Below, one piece after another: positions 41,112-54,563 of a DNA stretch of 64,000 bases. Every line of letters begins with the position of its first letter. Position 1 is the first letter of the stretch. The stretch is from Daphnia carinata. Lineage: Eukaryota. Where the stretch lies: positions 2,356,001-2,420,000 of the forward strand of contig NC_081334.1 of NCBI RefSeq assembly GCF_022539665.2. The letters run 5' to 3'. The notes beneath the pieces were generated by a model. The model worked only from the letters and a program-made list of their open reading frames with translations, did not search any database and had not been told where the DNA came from. A program made the position numbers and the translations under genes.

Positions 41112-41952
41112 ATGGAGTATGTAATTTGCACCGCACAAAACTTTTGGAGTGACACTGAGGCCCAACTGTTGATGGATAAATTTCGAGAATATCAACATGA
41201 AGTTGGACCTATGAAAAAATTTAAAAACAAAAAATCAATGTGGGAGAAAATTTCGGCTGATATCCTTTCTGAGTTAGGATCACTTAAGACAGGAGCACAA
41301 TGTGAAAACAGGCAAAACAATCTAATTTTAAAGTTAACATCAGTGTTTAAAACTAACATAATCTGATTTATACTTAAGGTACAAAACAGTCAGGAAACGT
41401 AAAGGTTGGGTTGACAACCAAGATGATAAGGGAGGAGGTTTGGACTTAAATGGGTAAATGAATTTAGAAAATAAATCAGGTTTTTGAAGCCGCAAGCTCT
41501 GTTTTAATGTACATAGTTAGGCCTAACAGAACTTTAGCTAAGTGAAATAGTTAACAGCACTAAAAATTTTAATAATAATTAAAATAAATAGTCAGCTTCT
41601 TTTCACGAGACACTATGGTTATTGCAGAGAAAGCCCCAAAAGGAAAAGATTTCCTGATGATAACAGAACATCAAGTGAAAATTCAAGGATCCAAACAGAT
41701 GGTGCCAACCTATTAAAATCTACGGATGTTACAGAAACAACAGTAGATGGTGTAGAAGTGAGGAGAGGAGTTGGTCAAGTTAGCTATAGTAACGTCGCAT
41801 GTGATTCTAACGACGAAGATGAAAAACGGGATAAAAAGCGATTCCGTCAAACCTTATCTACAGTATTACTACAAATTCATCGAGAGAAGGAAGAAGCGAG
41901 AGAGAGGCGACATCAAGAAAAAATGGAGTTACTTAAAATGTTGTTGCAGTAG
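41112..41952 (+). CDS. Myb/SANT-like (trihelix/MADF-related) DNA-binding protein with C-terminal coiled coil
   Basis: FWSDTEAQLLMDKFREY...KKSMWEKISADIL...KTGAQCENR|YKTVRKR (GC-AG intron 41312-41378); second intron about 41454-41627; C-terminus LLQIHREKEEARERRHQEKMELLKMLLQ*. The frame stays open upstream to 40992. Confidence 0.78.
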
Positions 41953-44392
41953 ATTAGGAATAAATTTTTAGCCACAACCTTGATCGTACGACGTGCTGTT
42001 CCTGATATGTACATTCTGATATTTTATGTTTTTTTGTTTTTTTTGTTTGACCGTCTTTCGTGTTTGCTATCAAGGAAAGGACTAAATAAGCTCATTATCG
42101 TAGTGATTACAAGTGCGTGGCTGAGCTACCTTTCAAACTATTAGATAATGCCGGCCAACCTGTGTGACCAATTGTCTCATATGCAACCTCACGCCCGATC
42201 CTCTTTTTCCTATTTTTGCAGTAATAATAGGTGCCAACGACGTAGGCAAACCATAGTGGTATCTCATATTGTGTGCATCATTTCTAACGCATGCTCGTCA
42301 GTAGCAATGTCACGTGAAATCGATTGTTCACAAGAAATTGTTTATTCAGTTTTCAAATACAAACGTTTTTGCGAAACGGATTTTAAACGAATTTTTTCGT
42401 CTCATCGTTATGTTTATGCTGAGGAAACTTATAACACATCTCTGTAATAGAGATACAGCAATAACCATAAAAAGAAAATTAATGAAAACTGGCAATGATT
42501 AGCTGAACAAGGGAAGCAGACGTAAAGGATGTATGGCCTTCATAACATCCTGCCAGTCGATTGATAACATGTGAAATTATTGCGGGGGTATTGTGTCGCA
42601 TAATAAATATTACAATGACTGAATCGAATAAAGAACGCAGTCATGCAGTGTATATTAGCCTTTTTGCTCACTTGATACACTAGTCAGTAGATTCCCAAGT
42701 CACAAAGCATCAGCATCCGTTATTTAACGCCGAGAGGAAATCGTATATAGCCGTGCATGGATAGGAGAGCGTGTGGTCCATTCCCCCCATCGCGCCACGT
42801 GAACAGCAGTTTTCTCAGTATCGAATGCGAGACGAGACGAGATACGCGAACCTTAGTTATATGAAGGCTGGCTAAACGCTGTAACCAGAGAACTATCCAG
42901 TTCTAAGATTACTTGGGTTAAAAAACCACAGCTGAAAGCCTCCATTTGTGATTCGTTTCTTTTGCTTTGTGTGTTCGTCGTCTCAGGAGGTTGGCCCTAT
43001 TATCGTCTTCCAACTTCACAAAGTGCAGTGCCTTCTTTTACCACTTTTCGTTCAGAAAACGAGATACCATTTGGTAAGTTACCAATATTTTTACATGCAT
43101 TGACACTCGACGCCAGACAGTGTGCATTTGGGACGGCATTTTCCTATTTATATCGAGATTGAATTGGGGAAATGACACTTACGTGCTGCCCTCTCGGGAT
43201 AGTGGTTGAACTGATGGAATACAACACGAGAGTTCCCCATAAAAATTCTATGTCGAAGAATTATTAAACAGACTTTGTCAGTGTGGGATCAGTGCAACCA
43301 CTTTTCGAAATCGGATTATGTAACTCCGTCTTAGATTGTAGTAGAACAACGACTAAAAAGAAAAAAGTTACAACAAATTGAAAAAGACATTTGAAAAAAA
43401 AGCGCTTGATGTTACGATTGATGTTACGTCTTAAAAGAATTCGCATATGAAACCTTGTTGCCCCCTTGTTTATTGATACGCATTGCTTGGTTAAAACTAA
43501 CCACAACAAGTATGCAGTCCAATTCCACTAATTGGCGGTACCCAGTGACACCCAATTGCCTAGCCGAGTCGTGCAATTCAAAACAGCAGTTTGCGTGAGC
43601 ACGTAGAAATCAAGTGAACTAGATCGATAAAGTTGCATAACACTAAATCTGTTGACGCATTAAATTTTGCAGGAAAATTCCTTTTACATACCTCGATATT
43701 CATGGCTGACAACATAACTGCATCAAATTGCATGCTGTATTCGGTAACGAAATAAATGAATAAATTAAATGTTAAATAAAACGAAACACTCAGATTACGT
43801 CATTCGAATTTTAGTCCTAGGATCGGGCGCTTGGCACACGTTACGCACATTTTAATAGACACAAGTGGAGGCCAGTAAACCCTTCGTGAAAGTATCGACT
43901 CAAAAGCAGTGGCAATACAAAAGTAAAATCATTCGCTTCCCACCTAAATAAATTGTAATCCATACCAGCACTTTAACGTAAAAAAAGCAATTAATTCAAA
44001 CGCAAACTCACGGTGCTTAACTAACCTACAACTGTAATCTTTTCACTTGTCTGTGGATTTATGTATCCGCAGCAATGCGTTCACTGGCCCTTGAGACGTT
44101 ACTCTAACTCAAAAAGCGTGATCCAAATATAGCTCTAACTTACAAAAGAAAGGCCCGTGCTTATTCTTCGCGTTTCACGCTTAAACTCCGTCTTTTTATT
44201 TCCATCTCTATTCGAAGCGTAGCGCGAAACTTCCGATAAACAACGAACAAACAAACAATGCATGTTCTAGAATTTCGTAACGTTTCACGCTGTTTAGCAT
44301 TTCCAATTGCTTATGACGATCTGATTAAATGATGATTCTATTTTTAAAATAGGGATCATTTGATTTGCATAGTTCTCGAAGTCAAACACGCC

Positions 44393-46496
44393 ATGACGAG
44401 CTATCAAGTTGTTCCAACCGTTCAACCTGTTTCAGCTGGACCTAGCAAAACAGACGTGTCAGAAGAGACCCAGAAATTAAATGGCGATGGCGCACGCGAA
44501 GACCTTTTTTTATCCCCACTGCCGCCGCAAACGAAAGTGTACCGACGCCGATGGCTAATGCTTGTCATATTCATACTGGTTTCCATGTCAAGTGCCTTCC
44601 AGTGGATCCAGTTCTCCATCATCACCAATTTGATTATGAAGTACGTCTTTGCATTTTTCTTTGTTTCACAGACGTTTATTAAATTCTTCATTATTAATAA
44701 TGTAAGATATTACAACGTTGATTCAACTACCGTTGATTGGACTTCCCTTGTTTATATGGTCACTTACGTAAGTTATACATCCTTTTTACGTAAGCAATGA
44801 ACGTCATCCACATACTTGGCAATTGATTTTTATTGCGTTAGATTCCGCTCATTTTTCCTGGAGCCTGGATTATGGACAAAGTGGTATGAATTTATCCTTT
44901 GCTCATAAAATTTGTTTCTTAAACCTCCCTTTTATTTAAAATAAGAATGCTATCATTTTCAGGGATTGCGCGTGACGCTTCTAATGGGAGCTTTTGGAAC
45001 GGCTTTGGGATCGTGGATCAAAGTATTAGGTGCGGCTCCCGACCTTTTCTACGTGGCTCTCATTGGCCAAACAATTACAGCCATGTCTCAGGTTTTGTTT
45101 ATTACAATTTTTTTTTTTCAATTCTTGTACGTTGTTATTGTGGAAACAATTATCGTTTAATGATTATAATGTAAAGGTTTTTATTCTAGGTGTCCCACCA
45201 AATGTCGCAGCCGTCTGGTTCGGAGCCGAACAAGTTTCTTCGGCTTGCTCTATCGGCGTCTTTGGGAATCAGGTGACTATCTACATTCTGATCTGCTCCA
45301 GATTAAATGCTTCAAGTTAAATAAATGGGTTGATGTGTGCCAGCTAGGTGTCGCTTTAGGATTTTTCTTGCCACCAATGATGGTACAAGATCACGAAAAT
45401 GCCGAAGACATCGGTGCTGATTTGAAACGCATGTTTTACATTGTGGCAGGCATCTGCACAGCCTTTTTTCTGCTTGTGCTCGCCGGTACATTGAATTTAT
45501 TTTCTTTAAAGCAAATTTTGAGTACCTACTATGTTTATCGGTTTGGTGAATAGCTTTTCAAGCCAAACCGCCTCTTCCACCGAACGCCGCACGCGCTGCA
45601 CCTCAATCCGCCGAGCCAGTGACGTATTACCAGTCAATCAAAACGATCGTAACCAATCGCAATTACATCTTACTCTTGATTACGTACGGCATCAACGCTG
45701 GTGTTTTTTACGCCATGTCTACCTTACTGAACCAGACTGTGCTCAAACATTTCCCGGTATGTCCCGTTTTTTTATTGCTTTTCAATTTCAGAAATTCCAT
45801 AAACGCCACATATTTTTTTTCAATTACAGGGCGAAGAAGAAAACGCTGGTCGAATTGGCCTGACAATCGTCGTGTGCGGCATGTTTGGTTCAGTGGTATG
45901 TGGTATTATTTTGGATAAGACGCACAAATTCAGGTGATACGCAATTTAGCCCGTCGTTGCAAAATGCAAAGTTAACGTGCATTCCTCTTTCTTTTTAAAA
46001 AAAAAAAAGGGAAACTACCCTCGTGGTGTACGGATTAGCAGTGGCCGGAATAGTTGCCTATACCTTTACCTTCGAGCTTCAGTACATTGTCGTAACGTTC
46101 GTCACAGCTGGAGCCGTTGGGTAAATTTTAAACCATTAATATTTCCCTTTTTAAAATTTGATTAATAAGGATGCATTTAATCTTTTTGCCTTGACGCGAT
46201 TAAGGTTCTTTATGACAGGATATCTTCCTGTCGGATTCGAATTTGCAGCTGAATTAACATACCCCGAACCAGAAGTGACTTCATCCGGTTTGCTCAACGC
46301 GTCCGCACAAGTGTTCGGCATTGTCTTCACAATCATGGGTGGTTGGCTTTTAAACAGCTACGGCGATCTTGTTTGCAACGGGATATTATCAGCAGCGTTG
46401 TTCATTGGGGCCGTTTTGTCGTTCTTTATTCGTTCGGATCTCAGACGCCAACGAGCAAACCAAATGGAAGCCTTACGATTAAACGGGCCAGCTTAA
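44393..46496 (+). CDS. FLVCR: FLVCR-family MFS transporter (choline/ethanolamine/heme)
   Basis: [14 protein letters not shown]...[45 protein letters not shown]...[70 protein letters not shown]...[14 protein letters not shown] 5'UTR donor lies near 43074. Confidence 0.95.
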
Positions 46497-47267
46497 AAGA
46501 GCCAATTTAAGCCGCACAAGTTGTTGGGTTTTATTGTTAACACGTTCATTTGCTTAGCGTGTGTAGTTAGGTATTAATTTTTTACGTGTAACGCGTGTTC
46601 ATTTTCAAAATGTGATGCTTTTACTTCAGTGTGACTGGCTGCTGAGGCGAAAGGTGATTGCCTCTTATGCCTTTATCGTTCGATGCTAATGTGTTTGGCA
46701 GTGTTGTAGTGCTGTCGTAGAAATGCAGAAAGGACTGTCTTCCGTACAAAACAGGGAATGCAAAGTTCATACATATTTAGCTTTATTATATATATATAGT
46801 ATTACGTCATTTCGGGAACCTCCGAAACCTTTTTTTAATATTACAACCCATTAAAATGACCAAATTAGGATCAAACTTTTGCAGTATACAATTGATTCAA
46901 ATGTTATGAACCTGTTAGAAGCTAAAACAACAATCTGCTTTAACACTGTAAGCCTGCCCATTGTAAAACTTTGCTTAATGAAATAAAACAAATACATCAA
47001 AATTTGAAACTGGAATTGGTTCATTAGAATTCGAAAATGAAGAGGACGAAAGAAACTGTTTTAAATTAGCGTTTATTAATCACTGTCATATTTTGCCGTG
47101 ACGGTTATTGTATCTAAAGCGTCTTTCAGAAAGGAATGAGTATAGCAAACAAGTTTGCATGAATATAATATTTTCTGTGATTATATAAATATTATAATTT
47201 GTTTTATGATTTTCGGTTAAGAAAGATGAACGGCGATTGCACATTTTCATCCAGTTTTTCTTGACAC

Positions 47268-49218
47268 TTAAGCCCTCTCTTCGTCAGACTTGTTGGAAGA
47301 CTGACCCTCGCCCTCATAGGTTGAGGACTGACTGCCGCTCTGATAGCTTGAGGACTGATACCAGTTCTGAGGTACGCCGTAGCCAGAATTTCGGAATCCG
47401 TAGGACCCGGCTGTTTCATAACCACCAGCAGGTAGATACATTCCCGATGCAGCAGATCCAGTGTTTTGGCCGTACGATTCGCCTTCGGTCATAACAGTGT
47501 AGCCGATCGGTCCCATGCTACCCTTAGGTCCTTGTGGTCCTGGCATTCCCCGTAATCCCTTTGGTCCAACAGGTCCAGTAGGTCCCATAGGTCCGGTGGA
47601 GCCTGGTTGACCATCGTTTCCATTAGAACCGGGTCTTCCTTCTGGTCCAGAAGGTCCTTCTGGACCAACGGGCCCAGTAGGTCCACTAGGTCCTTCAGGG
47701 CCTGAAGGTCCAGGATAACCAGCGGGTCCTTGAGGACCTGTTTCTCCTTGAGGACCAGGCATACCATCTTTTCCGCTATCTCCTTTTTCGCCCCGTGGTC
47801 CTGAATTGTAAAATGTTTCGATTAGCAAGAAAATAATAATTAAGTTTAATGTTTAATTAATACAAACCTTGGGGACCAGTAGCGCCATCGTTTCCGTCTT
47901 TGCCTGGGGAGCCTGGAAATCCATTAACGCCATCTTTACCAGGAGCACCTGGAGTACCAGCTGGTCCCTGAGGTCCTTTAGGTCCGGCTACGTAACTGGG
48001 TGCACCAGGGCGTCCATCTTTACCTGGAGCTCCAGGGGATCCGGAATCTCCTTTCTCTCCTTTAGAGCCAGTGTCACCTTTTGGACCAGGAGCTCCGTCT
48101 TTTCCAGATGGACCTTGGGGTCCTTGGGGTCCAGCATAACCTCGAGCACCAGGGGTTCCGTCTTTACCATCACGTCCAGGAGTTCCTGGTGGTCCGGCAG
48201 TGACGTACGTTTGACCAGGAGCACCAGTTTCACCTTTAGGTCCTTGAGGTCCTTGTGGTCCGCGTTCACCGTCTTTTCCTGGAGCTCCAGGGGAGCCATC
48301 TGATCCAGGTGCGCCATCGGATCCTGAATCTCCCTTCTCTCCCTTTTCGCCATGCGCACCATCTTGTCCAGGAGTACCATCGTTACCCTTTTCTCCTTGA
48401 GGTCCAGTTGCTCCATCGAAACCAGGTAGACCTTGGGGGCCAACTGCACCGGGTGCGCCGGGTTCACCTCTGTCTCCGGTGTCTCCTTTCGGACCGGCGG
48501 GACCAGGTGGTCCAGCGATGTATGTGGGCGCGCTGTGATACGTACCAGCGTACGTTCCAGGTGCAACACCCGTTTTCGTCAGCATTGGAAGGTAACTAAA
48601 AATCATTTGCATATATTCAAATGTTTCAGGTTCACGGATCTTGTATCGCAAAAGGCAAGTAGAAAAACATCGTTTCGTTTTGGGTTGTTGAACCGCCTCC
48701 AAGCCATGCCACCAGATAAAGATAACAAAATGAGACTATCCTTAAAAAACTGTTTAAAACATTGCCCTGACCTAGTTGAACGCTTTCCCATTTTCAATGG
48801 ACGTAAACGATTTTTATGACATCTACGTAAATAAACAGGTTCAAACTCGTTTGAACCTCGTTAGAATACCGAAAGTGCATTGTGTTGGTTAAAATTCCAA
48901 TTGTTTTAAACCCAAAAATTTATTAGGGCCTATACTTACTCAATAAGGAAAGCGTTCCATTGTCGGTGAACTTCGTCATCCTCTTCAGATCCATCGGATG
49001 TACTAAATGGATAGTTAAGGTAAGGTGTTTGAACCGCCGTATATGGATCAGCTTCTGCTGTAGAATAATCTGATCCGCGATTAACATGAGGGGCAGCCGA
49101 GGCAACTGCAACAAGGAATGCTAAAATAGCCTGCAATATTTGAAAACAATGGATTTGTTTTGAATTAATGTTGTTAAGACATTGCGTCTTTAGGTAATGA
49201 TCTTACCACAACGTTCAT
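47268..49218 (-). CDS. Secreted collagen-like (Gly-X-Y) protein
   Basis: Exons 49218-49207, 49130-48940, ~48595-47868 and ~47799-47268: signal [16 protein letters not shown], long GXY tracts ([19 protein letters not shown]...), and a Tyr/Ser/Gly-rich C-terminus. Confidence 0.92.
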
Positions 49219-52200
49219 GGCGGGCGAATTTGTGATGTTTACTTTAAGTGTTGGCGTTTTTTTGTCACTCGTTTCTTTTGCGTGAAGCGGCACAGAAACA
49301 ATTAAGAAATGCTAGGAGGATGTCTGTAAGGACCCAAAGGCGACACCGTTCAATTTCCAAAAATCGATGCGGACAAGTGGCAAATTAAAACGCGAAACAG
49401 CGACATAAAAATAGTGTTAGAAATGAATCGTCATTACGACATGTGATTTATACAAATTTAAGTTCAAATTCATCGCTTGGTATAAAGTGAGGACATCTTC
49501 TTACTTAACGAAATGCCTTACGAACACTCGATCTTTGGGAGAACTTTTACTTCATTAAAGATTGAATAATAAACCTTACCTTTTTTTATTGTTACTCTTT
49601 GCTCATACAACCAGCACACGAATGCTGATCAAACACCACTCGATACTGTCCTTTTAAACCATCATGAGCTGCAGTGAAGGTGTAGAAAATGAAAACGCGT
49701 CGCGTACAACAGAACCCAGAATTAGCTCAAAAAAACCTGTTAATACAAGGTCACAGGACAGGTTGACAATTAATTACCATATCTGTATACAAATACATCT
49801 GTGCGCCAGCTGCCGGTACTGCAGCTATTTCTTTAAAAACAATCAAATCCAGCAATTCAATGTGTTCAGGCATGCATATACAAATCATTATCAGATTTTT
49901 TTTTATGTGTTCGATGGATTGGGGTGTTCAACACGAATAATTGTATATAACAATTGGCAAGTTACGTATTAGTAATGCCTACCTCTCATTAACAAGCATC
50001 AAAACATGCTATTCTGTTTAGCTATACCGTCCCATGCCATTTCGATTAGCCTCTTGGTCGTCAATAAACACGACTGATGATTATTACCTGTCCTAAGCGA
50101 ATTTTCAAAGATTCAAAAGTAGACCTGCAAATGATTAAGTATTGGTAAACTTGAATGATTTGAAATTATTCAATTTGTTTTTGTTATTTGTCCTGCGTTC
50201 TTTCTCTTGCGATGTTTATCTTTCGCGAAAATCGAGAGCACCTTCGATGGTCTTTTTTTTATCGCACTGCCAACAGGTTGTAATTGTTTACTAGTGGAGA
50301 CAATAAAAAATGATCAAAATTTAAAGAAAACTGTGGAAAAAAATAGTCTAATTTCAATGTAAGATGAAAGAACTTACTGAAGGATAAAAACGTTGGCTCG
50401 TTTTCTTGTTTTTAAAGTTGTTTTTCGAGATATTTGAAAAAATCATTTTCCCCAGCTGTATTAAAAATAAGGTCAACCGTGAAAGTTTGTATGCATATGT
50501 CCATTCTCCCAAAAATTTTTTAGTCCCACAAGTTGGGCACAAGTGGACAGCAAAGACAATATAGTGAAGGTCATCCTCGTATAAGTGTCAATTATCTCAA
50601 TGTCGTTAGCTTTCAGGTATCACTATCCCCTGGTATATGCAGTAGGATAGATTACAAGATTACACGCCTTCTAATGCGTGACTTTGTATGTTGTTTTGCA
50701 CAACAATTTTTGTTATGTCCGCTTTTGAAAATGATCCTGCCGAAGGCTATTCCGGGGCTCTATAAGGTCTTCTATTTGGGGATGAAAAGTCTATACATAT
50801 AAGGTAACACATTCTAGATTCCATCATCGATCTCGTTTGAATTGCGATTTGTCATCAGCCGAAGATCTACGATGATGCGGCAATAATGAGGTATACCTCC
50901 CTGAACAGCGGGTCACACCTTTTGGCCGCATTAAATGTCGAAATAGATTTTTTTAAATATAAAATGGGCGTATTACATGAAAGATTGGCATGACACCCTA
51001 TCAAAAACCTGTTGATGAACAATAGAAGATATGTTGATTTATAATACATAACAGGCATTAATACGCAATTTACGCGCTGGCATTAAGAGTTTTTTTTTCA
51101 AGTCTTCGTGAAAGTGAAGGGCGAACTTTTTGGAAAGAAATGACAAAACAGAACGTGCAAGAAAGTCTCCGAGTACGCATTCCAGAAAAGGAATAGATTT
51201 TTTTCTTCTGGATTTTGAAAAAAAAACAAAAAACGAATTCAAACAAAAACGTAAACAAAACAGATAAACTAGTCTAGTTACTTGATCGTGCTACAAAATC
51301 CCAAAATTCCCTTGAGTAGAAAGTAATGTGGGGATGGCATCCAGGTCAGTTGATTTACGTTATTTTCTTTTTACATTTATATCTGAACACCTATAAGCGA
51401 TAATAATCATTTATCGCGTTTGCCATTAGTACCGCTTATGATGCCATTGTAAAAAGCATACAGTAAATACTTAGACTCTAGTGTTTCGATCATTTTCATT
51501 ATGTAAGATTGGACTACCAACAAAGGTCGATAACAAATCCGTTTAAGATTGTCAAGGGCGACCATAACTCATTGCAGAACTAATCAGCACATTACGGTTT
51601 TCCCTTTACTTAATTTTGCATTAAAGATGCAGGGAGTTTATTAAGCAAGGGGAAAGTATATCTTCACTAGTTCACCTTGTATGCAATTCAAAAGTAAAAA
51701 CCTTTGGTTTTTTTCAAAATTTGGTTTAACTTGATAGAAAGTGTCAAATATGACCTAAATGGTCATTAAACGACCTGAATACTCACCTCTACCATTCCAT
51801 AATTCTGAAAAAAAAACCCGGTTGATCAGCATCTACCTATCATTTTTCAGCTTCGAACACGTCGGAGTTATGTCGTGTTACGCGACAAATGGCAAATATT
51901 TAAAATAAATCACCATCTCTTTTGCGGAATTTTTTTTTATTATGTTTTGGGTGGGAACGGAATCGCGGGGTAAGCCCGGAAGGAACGAGCGCCTCTTTTT
52001 TTGAAAATCAGAAAAGAAATGATAAGGGAAACCAAAAAAAAAAAAAAAAAAAAAAATCGAAAATTCCAAGTTATCTAACAAGCGTAAAGTAAAACGGTGT
52101 GATGCCCCAGTCGTTAGTAGCCTACTTGTCGTTTTTTCTTATCTCTGACAGCGAAAAGCGAAAGCCGAAAGCAGCACAGTACACGAAGCGTGTCGAACTC

Positions 52201-52659
52201 TATATAAAGAAGCGTATAAACAGCAGCCAGCCATAATTGATTACTCCGATAGCTTAAAAAGTATGTAAAATCCATGGTGTTAAAGATCCTTTTTATACAC
52301 GTAGCCATCGCTATAGTGCACCTTAATTTACTTCGCTTTACGGTGATCAAAAGATTTATTGATTATTGTAAAAGGAAAACAAATAATGCATTATAGGTAA
52401 TCTTATAGTGTTGTGAATGTTTTCAACGCGGGTATGTATATAGTTTGATTTGATAAGAATCCATAACATCTTATCTCATATTCATATAAGCAGCTTCACT
52501 TTATCGACGATAAGCATAATGGAAACGATGCTTTTTAATCGCTTTGTACTGGCCTTCCAAAGCTGACGTTTAAGAAAAAAAAAAGTTTGATCATTTCACG
52601 TTAGACAGTGTGATTGTTTGCACGATTCGCTATTTGTTTAAATCTCTTGCAGCTTCAGA

Positions 52660-54134
52660 ATGGTGTTTTGTGTTGAAGTCATTGGATGGGGAATTATGGT
52701 GGTGATGGGAGCCAAACTTCTGTTCAATTGCTGCTATTTCTTCTACACCACATACCTGGCCGCAGCTTTAGGACATAATCTAGGCCCTCAAATTAAACAA
52801 TACGGCTCTTGGGCAGGCAAGTTTAACGTGCTAAATGACGCAATCCGCATAATCGATTTGAATTGTAAATCTATTTTTTTTTTTGGTTTTATTATTTTGT
52901 TTTGGAATGCAGTTGTGACGGGGGCAACGGATGGAATAGGAAAAGTTTACGCTCAGCAAGTATTAAACCTGGATTTGTTCCAGTTTATTTTTTTTTGTAT
53001 TAAATAAATTATTAATCAACTCTTTTTTTCACATGGAAACAATTGACGTGACAGTTGGCAGCCTTAGGATTAAATATTATACTCGTCAGTCGATCATCCG
53101 CAAAACTGCAGCAAGTGTCAGACGAGATATGTATATGAAACAATCCTTTCATTTATGTTAGAAAAGCTATGTTAATTCGAAACGCCTAGCAGCTGATGTG
53201 TCGATTTTATTGGTCGATAAGGTCGTCAAAATCGTGAGATCCAAATCAAAACGGTAGCTGTCGATTTCACTGACGGCAATGCCATTTATCCTAAGCTAAA
53301 GAAAGAACTGGCGCACCTGTTTGGACAAATAGGAATACTAGTCAACAACGTCGGTATGCATATTTAATGAATCAAACGAATCTATAAGAATCAAATGAAA
53401 CTAATGAGTTTGTATTGATGTAAGGTACGAAATTGCCACACTGTCACATCGCTGATGTTCCATCTGGCGAACAGTTTAACGAGATCATTAATTGCAACGT
53501 TATGTCGATGGTCCGGCTGACCAACATGCTTCTGCCTGCCATGAGAAAGAAAAAGAGAGGATTGATCATCAATATTGGATCTCTTTCCGGTACGGGATTT
53601 TCTCCAATGAGGACCACCTACGGAGCTACGAAAGTCAGTCTGAGAACAATCATTTGACATTGGTGGATACTTAAATCACGCTGGTATTTGTCTGAGTATA
53701 TATATAGGCTTTTGTTGACAAGTTTTCGTGCGATTTGGCTGCAGAATGTCGTTCAGAAGGCGTCGTTGTCCAGTCTATATTGCCAGGTTACGTAGCAACA
53801 AAATTGCCCGGATTGAGTGGTAAATCCAGTTTCGATGTGCCAACAGTCGAAACGTACGTGGAGGCTGCAATACGCTCTCTCGGAGTAGAAACTAGAACAG
53901 CAGCTTACTGGTTTCACAAGATACTGGTTAGTTGAAAGTCAAAACCAAAACATAATTTTTTACTCTTATCATTTTTGTTCTGAATTTTATTTTCCCCCTT
54001 ACAAAATTTCACTACCTCTGTAGCTATACTGGACTGAACTTCTGTACTTTTTCGTCCCAAACTTCGTTCAGAAATTAACAGTGATTGTCATAAGCCGTAA
54101 AACACAAATGGCGAACGTCAACAAACACGAGTAG
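52660..54134 (+). CDS. HSD17B12-like SDR, paralog E
   Basis: YGSWA|VVTGATDGIGKVYA (GC donor AG/GCAAGT at 52817); ILVSRS; GILVNNV|G; NIGSLS; YGATK; QSILPGYVAT; ends ...NVNKHE*. Confidence 0.92.
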
Positions 54135-54563
54135 AAGAGCTGAATATGAATACACGCGTATACGATGGCTTATTTTTTAAGATTGATGTGATCTTCTTAA
54201 GCGATACACAAACGCAAAATGTACGCGTCACATTAGACAATTCCAACAGACAAAGACTATGCTTAAAAGCATTAAAACATTATTCCAATTTATTAGACAG
54301 TTGAGCCTCCTGCTAACGGCAATAAATCTTTATTACTTGAGCACCCCCGAACTACCGGATTTCATTGAACAAAATTCTTCCCACGTACTCAAGCGGATCT
54401 ATCGCATCCTCGATATGATAGACGTTGATTTCTTTTTATATGACATGCTTCGAATACCCATTTTTGAAACGTCACTCGTTAAAGAATGAGACACGAGCGC
54501 TCTTCGTGCGTAAATTCCGTTTTTTTTTCGCCTTCTCGATGCAGTGCAACCAAATCGGGAGAT

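Noticed and set aside
43015..43040. CAGTGC in the FLVCR 5'UTR region as a possible iron-responsive element
   Set aside because: The flanks (AAGTG / CTTCT) do not form the 5-bp upper stem and there is no bulged C at the required position.
43165..43240. Hairpin (GGGGAA…TTCCCC, CTCTCG…CGAGAG) in FLVCR intron 1 as a possible miRNA
   Set aside because: The stem is interrupted by large asymmetric loops and matches no miRNA I recognise.
47869..48819. Long antisense and alternative-frame ORFs over the collagen gene
   Set aside because: Shadow ORFs caused by repetitive Gly-X-Y codons.
50400..51850. Fragments resembling decayed DNA-transposon sequence
   Set aside because: No terminal repeats, target-site duplication or transposase remnant that I can verify.
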